This document shows positions 53,601 through 64,000 of a stretch of 64,000 bases of DNA, one piece after another. The stretch covers positions 4,836,001-4,900,000 of the forward strand of contig JAYWIR010000003.1 in the NCBI GenBank assembly GCA_036172245.1, given 5' to 3'. Position 1 is the stretch's first letter. The number at the start of each line of letters is the position of its first letter. The DNA comes from Raillietiella orientalis. Taxonomy: Eukaryota. Made by a program: the position numbers and the translations under genes. The notes beneath the pieces were generated by a model. The model searched no databases, was not told the origin of the DNA, and saw nothing but the letters and a program-made list of their open reading frames with translations.

Positions 53601-55036
53601 CATCTTGGGAAGAAATCAAACCGGAGATTCGGGGCAAACCTTGGAAGCGGAACTCGAGATCACTTTTTCAATTCTTCGCTTCTCGGAAAAACGAACGAAT
53701 CTGAGGAGGAGGGATGGCAGAAGCGAAGTCGGGTGGCAAATGAGCTCGTAAACGTGCAACTCCGGCCGAACCGAAAGAAAACCGGAAACTCTTGTGTACC
53801 TGGGGAAGGGGGGGAGGGGACACCGGTGACAAGAAGAACCGGAAGTAGGTTTTTCGCGAAAATCTAATCAAGAGCCGAACACTACTTATACACGATTGTA
53901 AGCAGCTGACTTTGAAGATGGCACGGAGTGAGAATTTGGATTTCAGCTGCAATTCGTTCGTCTCTTCTTCGCCGCATGCAACACCACGCATCAGCACATG
54001 AAATGATGAGCCGAGCTAATCCATAAATTAATAACAAATTGGATTCAGAATGACGCATAACTGACAAACAATTACTGATAAACTAGATTCAACAGAAACG
54101 AGATCCTGAGCGGAAGAATTCTTGTCTGTGCACGCCTGTTGGGTTGGGTTCCTCCCACGCTGCTGCTGCGCACAATTTCGTGGATAGGCTCACGGCATAG
54201 CTCGCGTGGACCTATTGGAACCTATTTAGGAGGTGTGGGGGGGAGGGGACCCACAGGATGCCACAGGCCCATCGCACAATCGCGTGCTCGTTGGAGGAAA
54301 TGCGTGAATGCATATCGGTCTTTCCGTCGCACCGATTTCCGACGTGATGTCACTTCCGGCTGCACCAACGCCGGGGCGGAAAGGGCCTGCCATGCGTTTC
54401 TGGTGGCTTTTGTCGAAAGAGTTTCGGGAAATGGGGATCAAGCCGAACGAAGCCAACCGCGGGGATGGACCGAAAGAGTCCTGGCGCTCCTTCGCTGCCA
54501 GCTGCTGCGACATCAGCCCCCCCGATTCGCTTCTTCTTTAGCAAGAGATCTGAAGGCTGCGCCGACACGTTTCCAGGCAAGTACTGGGAAAGTATTCCTA
54601 TGGGTATCCCCTGCCACCATGTGCACGCTACGTGCGTACGGTAAAAGCAGGAATCAGGCCGGGAGCCGAACGGTAACATGCTGAAAATCTAGTTAAAGGC
54701 TTCATCCAGAAGTCCACCGCTGCAAGCATCAAAACTGCCTGGGTGGAAAACAATCAAACGAAAAGGGGAGAGAAAAAAAAAAAAAAAAAAAAAAACTCGG
54801 GCACTTCGGGCACTGATTTGCATGGCTCATCGATTTTTTTTGACCTGATTGAAAATGAGGAAAGAAAGAAATCAAACCCTGAGATTTTTCACACCGTTTA
54901 TCACCATTGCTTTTAGCTCTCTAGTTTCCTTTTCACCTACTTCTTTCAACTGCGACTACCCATGCATTGAAAAACAATTTGCTATTCTAACAGCTGCCAA
55001 GTGTCAGACACATTGGTTGGTCATCTGGAGTGATTG

Positions 55037-56110
55037 TTACTGGGAGACAGCGCATTTGATCTGATTTTCTGCAACTTCCAAAGCTAACAGGAATGGCTGG
55101 TCAGCAAGAATTTCCCTCAATGTAGCTAACTCATGGCGTAGCATGTCTGCAGTGACAGCTAGACCCTGAGCTATCTGGCAGACCAACTCTTCATGGACTA
55201 CATCTAAGATGTTTTCCAATGGTACTTTCACAAAGACTCCTGGAGCAAACAAAGTGAGCTGACATGTGGCCAAATGACTGATGGCCAAAATGACACCAGC
55301 CACAAGACTGCCATCACTGCTTCTTCGAATCCATGCTTTTTGTTCCGGCCACAAAAGGTTACGGCGTTCCGTGTGCTGCCAGAGTCCAAGGAATTCATGA
55401 CCTGCATACAGCAACGATAATGGTTTTGAGCCTATCTGCCATTCTATGATCTGAGAATGGTCAGAATGGAACTTGTACGCTGCACGCTTTCCACCAGGTT
55501 GCAGACTAGGAAAGATGACCTCAGGCTTGTGAGGTGGCATGCCATCTCTCATCAGTGTAACAACATCCGACAAATGATAGCCTGGATCTAACAGCATCAC
55601 TCCTTGACGTCCGGCTAGATCTATATGCAAGGCTAATAGAATGTGTTCCTTCTCTCTGGCATCATAAGGTGGACTGTTGTGTGCATTCTTCCAGTATGTG
55701 CAAGAAATAGGTACTTCCTAAAAAGAAAATGCTGGGGTCAACTTCAAATCGATTTGAGCCTCTTGTCTCACCTCATCACAACATACAGGTTGCAAGCACT
55801 CCTTCAGCAAAGGAAAGTCGCATCCCGCTGATGCTACCAGATTCTTTAGAACTATGCTCAGGCCTACACACGTCAGATGTTTGAAAGACAAAGATGGATT
55901 ATAATGGCGCCACATTTGTTCAAAACTCAAACAAAAGGACTGCTTTTTATAATGCCTGTAAAACCTGAACCCAGGTCAAATTACTTTTTCCAATCTTCCC
56001 TGCGCTTATCCTTACTTGGTGAAAATGCCAATGCTGTTATAGCAATAGGTTTCCAAGCATTTGCTCAGGGCCTGATGAAAACCTCTAATCAGCTGGTTGT
56101 ATTCTTCCAT
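55037..56110 (-). CDS. Uncharacterised protein (at least 322 aa) with a putative Cys-His-Asp triad (arylamine N-acetyltransferase/transglutaminase-like). Exons (56110 or further 5')-56016, 55964-55772, 55717-55037; true start uncertain
   Basis: Three ORFs join in frame through GT-AG introns of 51 and 54 nt. Motifs HLTCVGLS and KEHILLALHIDLAGRQGVMLLDPGYH. The segment is CpG-poor like the other genes. Confidence 0.75.
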
Positions 56111-58401
56111 GGAGGCCAAGGGTAATGGCTGCAGCTTTCTTCCCCACAAGGGTCGTGGAATGGGGCACGCATCTTCGGTTCTCAAGAACCATTCAGAGTT
56201 GAAAGCAGATGTCCAGGATAGACATGCAGCAACGGAGCGTAATGCAAGAAAGCAAGCCTGCAACCATTTCTCGGAGTTATCTGCCTGTGCATTTTCCTGT
56301 TGGCAGGTTTTCTGTAGACGTTTCACGAGTCAACTTGGCCACTCGGAACTGCAGAACCACATATTATATATCATGCTGTGCTCTGCATTAAATAGGTCCT
56401 TTTCTAAGTTATAGGGGCTGAAGCAGCCAACATTACGATCAACGTTACTGGTGATCGTAACCATGGTTTCCATATCTGAAAATAAGGAAGCATGCATCTT
56501 TCTCTCGTTATCGGATGCACATGTAACAGATTGTAACGGGCAAAACGCGACGGCTGGCAGATCATAATGTTCACACATTACGGGACATTTCCGCATGTCC
56601 TTATAATCACATAAGGGTGCCGACATACGTATTCGTATTCCTCATGCAACGCACTGAATGGAACACCGGCCTCTCCGACAAGCTGCCGGAGGCACGCGTG
56701 TGTGCCCGTTCGGCACGCAAGGCGTGCACTAAGCAAAATGGGCATCCGTTCATTCCCGGGAAACTCGGGAGAGCCGCGGCACAACCGCGGTGCTCCCAGC
56801 AAACGATTCCCGTGTCCCGAGTGGGGCACGGGATGCAACGCGGCCAAGGCGTGAAAGGAAAACGATTCGTGCCTACCTGGCCTGAAAGCACACCCACTCG
56901 GGAGAGCTTAATTCATGCTGTGGCTCGCAGCGGACACGCCACGACTCGAAGGAGGGGAGGGGAGGAGGGGGTGGGTGGGAAGAATGGGAGAGAAAGGGAG
57001 AGGGGGGGGAAAAAAAAAAACGGCACCAGCTTCCGTGCGCTCGGCCGAAGCACGCGCGCCTCGTGACCCGATGCGCACCCTCGCCCTGCAGGGACACGAC
57101 CGCGTCCCACATGCGACCCCGACCACGCCGCTGCCGCGACTGGGTCGGGAGACCCGAGAGAGGTTCCCTTTGCGAGGGCGGATGTTACGCACACGCTCCC
57201 GACGTCATCGGCCCCTGGGGCGATCGACGTAATGCTAACGGCACGCGCGACCGAACGACCGACGCCGAGTCCCCGGGGGGAAGGGGGGGCGGCGGAGCGC
57301 GTTGCACCACCCCCTGGGCGGACACGTTCGACGTCGTGGGCATCTGAGGATCGCAGGCACACAATCGGCATAGCGGAAGGAAAGACACCCTTGTCAGGAC
57401 TTTAAGTAATGACCCAAGGCGTAGGACATAATGGGGTGCCCGATGCGGCCCAGAGCGGATTTCGGGCGAACTGATTTCCGAGGGAAACCATGCAAGCATG
57501 CGCGACTGGAGGGGGGGGGGAGGGGAAGAGGGAAAAGAACACGCCTCACGGTTCAAACGACCACCTTTTGCATTTGTACAGTTTTCAGTAAAGGTACATT
57601 CCGTACTAAGCCGCTCGGAGCATCGTCGCGAGCGGTACCCCTGCCATGGCGAACCACGAGACTTCTGTTCCCTTGGCTCTCCTTTTGGGGGAGACCATCG
57701 TGGTTTTTACAAGAAGAAAAAAAAAAAAAAAAAAAATGGGAGTGACTGGGGGGGGGGGGGAACAGATGGCAGTTGCGTGATTTTTTGCACCGCAGGGTGC
57801 ATCCGATTTTGCGAGAGATGGGCCCAGAGAAGCACGGAAGCTTTCGGAACCCTCATGAAATTGGGTGCCTATCTGAGGGTAAACTGGGGCGGCCTGCTAA
57901 GGATGTGCGCATGCTGGAAATATCTGCATCCTGCTCTAAGGATGTTTCGACTTTACGTCCGCCGCCGCGTACCGGGAGTGCACCGCCGTCCGAATAAGCG
58001 CGCACCGAACTTTAGCGCCCTCGGGGGGGGGGCACGTGCCGTTTCACCGGGAGGCAAGGAAGGCAAAAGTGACCCTGCGCCCTACGACATGCGTTTCGAA
58101 GCAGCTGCTGCGCGTTGCAAAAACGCGCGGGACCGGGTGCCCGAGGGCGCCACGAACAGGTGCACCGCCCAGCACTGCGTTATCTCGGCCGGGGGTCGTT
58201 TCCAAGTAGAGGGGGGGGGGGAGGGGGCCTCCCTCGGAGATGCTTGCAGAAACGAGGGAACGGGAAACTTGTCCAGCGTCGCGCACCGTTTGCGGAAGAG
58301 CCCGCCGGACGGTTTTCCGAACGGCGGCGGCGGCGGCGCCGCCGGCGATGACCGTCGGCGACAGGTGGGAAGGAAGGGGGGCAGAGAGAAGACACACTCA
58401 C

Positions 58402-58800
58402 CTGCATCCATCGTGCGTTGGAGACGTTCCGGCACGCAGCCCTCTCCCGTCGCGATAGATCACAGCGCGAGCGAACGGATCTCCTTTTTATCGTACCGCC
58501 GGCGAGTGCAGATAACCTTTTCAACGCATCAGCATGCCGAGCAGCGATACCACAAATTCTGAGGGAGATCACGCGAGTTACATCATCCGGCGTGCACGAG
58601 TTACCAAGGCAAACAAACGGACGAGAAGGAGCACGCGGGGGCATGCGCACATCCGGCCGCGCCGCCCCGACGCCGGATGCGGCCCCCGCGCGCGCTGACG
58701 TCAGCGGGGAATACCGCAGGGGCGGCGGCGGCGAGCGGGGGGCGGGGGAGAGGCGCGCGCCCGGGAAGCGGCGGGGGCGGGGTGGGTGGGGAAGGCCGGG
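58402..58800 (-). promoter_or_regulatory. CpG-island-like promoter and candidate first exon (CRE palindrome, GC boxes, consensus donor), possibly for the NAT-like gene
   Basis: 14-bp palindrome CGCTGACGTCAGCG (58693-58706) containing TGACGTCA. GGGGCGGGG boxes at ~58739 and 58774. On the minus strand, ATGGATGCAG|GTGAGT at 58411-58396. Confidence 0.45.
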
Positions 58801-61800
58801 CACGCCCGCCGCAGCGGCAGTCAGCGACGGACCGTGGGCGTCCCTCGGGCGGAACAGGAACCGCGGCGGCCGCGGGCGAAGGCCGCAATCGGCCTATCAC
58901 CACCACCACCCCCCTCCCCCGAGCGACCGGAGCTTCCCGGCGCCCCATCCACGAGCGTGGAGCGTACCACCGCCGTCTCTCGCCCGTCGCTGGTGCGGCG
59001 CTCACGGGCGAGGAACAATGCGTGCCATCATGAACCCGGGAACGGAATCCTTGAGAACTTGCCAAGCAAATGAAATTTGGCATCCCCCTCCCCTTTCCTC
59101 CCCCCCCCCCCCCTGATGATAAGGGGCCTTCGTTCCGAGCGACAGCCAGGCACGCCTCGTGAAGCAGTGCGCGGATAAGCAAGTGGTGAAAGTGTGTGAG
59201 AGGATCATATGGCAGCCACCGCACACGGACGCTCCCTTTTTTATCGTCGGAGGAGGAAAACGCTGGTCGAAAGTAAGGTGACGCGGTCGAGAAAGGACAC
59301 GAGGAAAGGGAGCAGCTGCCCGGTCCAGTCGGGATGCGGGCCCTTGCATCAGGACGTCGGCTCTGCGAGGCTTTCCGACTCCGTGCGTGCCGAGCATCCT
59401 CCGCTGGCAGCTGCTCCGACGAGTCGTGAGGGTCGAAAGAATCTCCAGCAACAGCTCAAGCCGTTTAACCCTTCCAAGCGCCGTGGACGCAGCATCTATG
59501 CATCCGACGAAAATCATCGGCGGTGCACTGTGGACTCGTGCATGCCCGTGGGCAAATGCTTTTTTACCTCATACACGCGACAAAACTCGACGCTATCGGT
59601 GTTTGAGATGGACGCATACACTTAACGTTCTTATCGTTAGTTGCCTTAGCGACGGCGGTAAACGCCGCCCTTCTGTGTGCACCGGCTGACTCTCCTCGGG
59701 TGTTTTCAGTCGTTTCTCCGTGCCAATGAAACAAGTGAGCAATAAACGAAGCAAACAACAAATGGAGGTGTAAATGAACAACAGCAACTTCGTCGGTGCG
59801 TGGGTGGAGCGCGCGGAGATGGAGCAGCTGCGGCGCGCGTGCCGTCATCACGGAACGTTCTCATCTGATGAGCTCCGCACCCAAAGGGTTAATAAAGCGG
59901 AGGTTAAGCATCTTCCCTGCGTTTCTGACATCGCTGCCGCGTGCCGTGGGAGCGAGGGAGGCGCTCGGAGAGTTTCGGAGAGGCTGCGAGGGTTCAGGAA
60001 GCGGAGCAAGAGCTCCTCCTCCTCCTTTCATCTGCCGAACGTGCTCCTTCCAGGATGAAACGGACGGTTCCCACGGAGCGGCGGGCGAGTTCCTCCGTCG
60101 CGCAGCAACGAGCGCAAGTCTTCCCATGCATGGACTTTGAAAGGGAAACCAAGGCGATGCGGAATTCAGTTCTTGCATGCCTTTGAAAGGATCGCTGCTT
60201 TCTGCACGCACCATCACTGGGTAAAGCACGCGAAAGCCAGTGTTCCATCTTGTCACGCATTTGGAACACGTTGAATGTCCGGTAAATGCTGTGAGCGTAC
60301 ATACATGTACACATATACACCTTTCGCTCAACCCATATCGATAAATTAGGCCGTTACTTTCTCTTCCGGTTGTTTTTCGCGATCACTTTGGAGTTGCTTT
60401 CAAAATTACTGGCGCACGTCGATGGGGCTGCTTGCCCCACGCCCCACGACGAGGCGAGAGTCTCCGGCGGTTTGGGCGTCTTCGCTGGAGGACTCGTAGG
60501 AGTGACCGCGCCCCTCGCGGGATACAGTACAACGGGGGAGAGGTGAGCCTAGCAGCACGCACACGCACGCGCCCACTCACGCAGGCACAAACAAGCCGCC
60601 CCACGCACCCACGTCCTACGGCTGCCTTCCACTGCACCGCTCTGCGTCTCAACCATCGCCTACGCAAACATACGTTTTCACACGTCATGCACCGCAGTGC
60701 CGCAAGCGATCGCATCCGCGCACGCGGGCACGGGGGCGCACCGAGGTCGGGCGGCGACGGTGCCATGCGGGAACGGTCCTCGCTCGTCGTAGGTCCCTGC
60801 GTCCACTTTGGCAGTTCTCCCCCCCTCCCCCTCTCCGGGCTCCGACCAATCCAAACTCTGACCCCGGGGCACCCCCGTGAGCGCTTTCCGAAAAGTGACG
60901 GCGGTTGGTGAGCGTTCTTCGCGGGCGGTGCGGATGGGGAAGACGAGGCATTCTCTTTTCCCACGCACTTTTGTTCTTGTCGCACCTCAGGCGCGCGGGC
61001 GTGGTGGTGGTGTGGGGGGAGATGGTGGACAAGTTCCTAGCTTTCTCGGGTTCCGAGACTGGGAGAAGCGAAACCGAAAGCTCCCAGGAGGAAGCCCTCG
61101 TGCACAGGAACACTAGGGCTTGCTGTGACAGCCCACCATCCCCCAGGTCCGTCCGCCCTCTGCTTCGCTGTGACGGAGGACCCTTTTGCAGCAGCGACGC
61201 CTCGGACCTGCGGTTTTTTCTTTTTTTTCATCCCGAAAAGAACGCGTCGGAGGATGGGGAGGTGGAGGGGATGGGGTGGGGAAATCAAGCAACCTCCTCC
61301 GAATGGACCGGCTGCCCGGACTGCTTCGAAGAGGACATTCTTCGGTGTGTATTTTGAGACGCGCACAAGCGGCTGCGGATGGCTGCGCGAGTTCCGCTGT
61401 TGGCCTGCAGGTGGCAGCAGGTCTTCGGAGCAACGAGAGTGGACGGAAGTAGCGCACGGCTTCCCCACCTACCCACGATTACCCATCCCTTTCCCCCCCT
61501 CCTAGCTGCGCGTGGGCCGTTGCCGTGACTGCAATCTGCAGAAGCGGGCTCGGAAGGTGGCACCAGCAGCGTCGGCGGTGACTCCGTAGCGCGCGGCGAG
61601 CCCCGATCGAGGCGTCAGCTTCCCTCGCTCCTGTGGCTCCACCCACCTTCCAGGGTCTCAGCGGCATCAGGGACGCACGGCACCCCGCGCTGCCGCCCGG
61701 ATGGCCAGAGGGTGAAAGCTACCCTGGGTTAAGCACAAGGTACGGATAAGCGCGCGGATGCGGAAGAGCGGGTGACGTAGGAGTGCAACCTGAGGCTGCT

Positions 61801-64000
61801 GCCGATATTGTCGCTGCCCTCGAAATGGAAGGTGGTGGTGGTGGAGGCGATGGAAGAAGAAGAGTCCACACTCCCGGACTTCCCCGGCAGGCGACGACGG
61901 TGGCCGCTCTTCCCTCGGGGAGGAGAAAGGGAAGGCGCGCAGCACCGCAGGCGGATGGCGCTGTGAGCGATGATGGCGGCGCATTTACAAAGCTCCTCTC
62001 CTACGAGCGTCTCCTTTCCTCTCCCCAGGGCCAGGATGGAAAGCCCGAGGGCATTTCCTCGCCTCTCCTCGAAGGCGTCCCATGCGCCCGACGCCGAATC
62101 GGGAGGATGCGTGGAAGTCGGTTCTATGGCGGATGCGGGTCAGGGGTCCACGAAGTGGGGGAAAGCAGGGTGAGAAATACCTTGCCTTAGAGCGCGCCGG
62201 GACTCCCGCCCTAGGAACTCGACTCGGCACCTGGGCTCGTAGGGCTCGCGACTTCATGATTCCTCCGATGCATCTCTTAGCAGCTTCCTCGCCTCCCTGT
62301 CCCACCCGACCGGCCGAATTACGGGCATCGCTGGAAGACCACGCAGAAAATCTTCCGTTTGGGAAGGTCATGAAAGGTCGGCCGGCCTTGACAGGAACGC
62401 GCTGAGAGGAAAGGGTTCCGAACTTCGCAACCCATCCGGAGCTTCACGGAGAGGAAGCTCGCGGAGGAACCCTGTGGAGGGAAGGAGCAGCAGCAGCATC
62501 CAGAGCGGCCCCTTGTTCGTCCGCAAATGAAATGCAAAAGGGTTGCGGAGGAACAATGAAACCTCCCGTTTTTTGCAATCGGAGGAGACGCGGCTTCTGT
62601 CGATCCCACGCGGATTAGGAGTCCTCTTGGCGCACGGGTCACGTGAAAGTTTGCAGTTCCCGGCCGCCGCTGCGACGCCAGTAAACGCGCAGAAAGCTTC
62701 GACTGCGGCGGTGCGCCCCCGCGCGAGAACCTTCCCGAAGCGCGCGGCCAGCGAAGCGACACTTTGAATGGTGGCCTGTTTATTCGCTCCCTGCTGACCC
62801 GGAGAACATCTTCCTCCCTGAGGCGGGGGCGCGTCCTCCCTTCGCATGCTCCCGCGTGGCTTCCGCGGAACTCTGCTCGCGCGGAGGCACGGCGGGGCTG
62901 GTTGCTCGTCGAGCAATGAGCACTGGTGGTCAGGGTGCGGAGAGAGCGGTCGATCGACGGCGCTCTGCCAGTGTTCTTCAGTCTCGGTGTGAGCTTCCGG
63001 TGCGCGCGCCGACGGAGGACTCTCCCTGTCTCCCATCTTCCACCCCTTCTCCCCTCCCCGTCTACCCCTCCATCGGCTAGCTCAAGCACGCGAGGGTGCT
63101 GCTGCAGAGCCGCATAGGGTTCCAGCGAACTGGACGGCACAGCGCAAGCTGCGACGTTTCGGCGCGGCTCCGCCGGATGTCGCGAACGCGGGACGTCGGC
63201 AGCGCTGACACTCTGGCTCGTGATGCAAGCGTTGGGGATGGAGCAAGCGCCATCGTGGTGCACACCTGCACGTACGGCCACTCCCCCCTCGCCCCTGAAT
63301 CTCAGCGGCTCGTCGCGCCCGTTTGGGAACGTGTGGTGAGTCCCACCCACAGGTCCAACATGGACGTAATGGAGAAGGAAGGCCCGCGTCTGCGCCGTCC
63401 CGCGCGGCGGCTCCGTGCATTGGGAACCTCCCCTTCCCCAACGTCGGTGGACCAGCGGATTCCGACCTCACCCTGCCGTCGGACTGGACGCCAGGGCACG
63501 CTCAAGCAGGGGCACGGAAGACGACGTCCTGCCGGAGATTAGGGCTCTCGAAGGAATCTCTCGCTGAAGAAAGGAGCGGTCCTTCTGCTGGATGTCCAAC
63601 TTTGTAGCCCAGCAGGTCGGATCGGCCGCTTTGCGAGCGCACAGAAGTCCCTGTGGCGACGTCCCTGGTCAAACGGCTTTCCGAAGGATGTGAAGCCCCA
63701 TTTCCCCCATTCCTGTCTGTGGAATTCACTGGATTTTTGGCAACGTATCGTTCAGCAAAGAACAGCAGCCGCAGCGAAGAAAGGAAGGGGGGAGGGGGAA
63801 ATAGCTTTCATATCAACGAGCAGATGATCCCCGACGACTTTGCGAGGAGCTTCCCCTCGGAGGATCAACTCCAGGGCCCCCTAATGAGCCGTGTGGGAGG
63901 AATTCGATTTCGTCTATTCCGGACGCGCGTTCTGGCAGGAGCCCCTCCGCCTTCTTTTCTGCTCGACATGGCAAAAGCAAGAATGAGAAGAATGCTTCCC

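Noticed and set aside
50420..54700. ORF cluster and ETS-like CCGGAAGT motifs (53839, 54352)
   Set aside because: No recognisable protein or consistent exon chain. Short motifs alone do not establish a promoter.
54850..55036. SECIS element supporting Sec at the TGA 56332-56330
   Set aside because: ATGA is present, but the AA loop spacing and GA quartet do not fit by eye. SECISearch is needed to exclude it formally.
56600..64000. Many 100-350 aa ORFs in the GC-rich right end
   Set aside because: They overlap in many frames, are low-complexity and cross homopolymer runs, and no domain was recognised. Real exons may be hidden here but cannot be supported.

Overview
This is eukaryotic DNA from a compact animal genome; the TDP-43 sequence looks arthropod-like. 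It is not a prokaryotic region. Spliced genes that can be rebuilt by hand: a cystatin (+), DDX11/ChlR1 Fe-S helicase (+, 11 exons), spermidine synthase (+, 3 exons), TDP-43/TARDBP (-), a ~800+ aa coiled-coil protein with a C-terminal hydrophobic tail (-), Cdc42 (-, 5 coding exons), and an uncharacterised protein with a Cys-His-Asp arrangement like arylamine N-acetyltransferase/transglutaminase (-). Nearly all introns are only 33-63 nt. Gene bodies are CpG-poor and the flanks are GC/CpG-rich. The most interesting structure is in the TDP-43 locus. An internal donor just after RRM2 is in frame with a hidden downstream exon encoding an alternative Tyr/Gly/Ser-rich prion-like tail. That splice would remove the UG-rich 3'UTR and a poly(A) signal. 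An outlier 4.4-kb intron also carries candidate poison exons. Together these suggest a multi-layer autoregulatory, tail-switching system (inference). Other items: a perfect 60-bp tandem array, a 118-bp local duplication, back-to-back poly(A) signals, and an in-frame UGA-C ahead of the NAT-like catalytic domain. Most long ORFs in the GC-rich parts of the ORF track look spurious. All gene models were built by eye with no database search.
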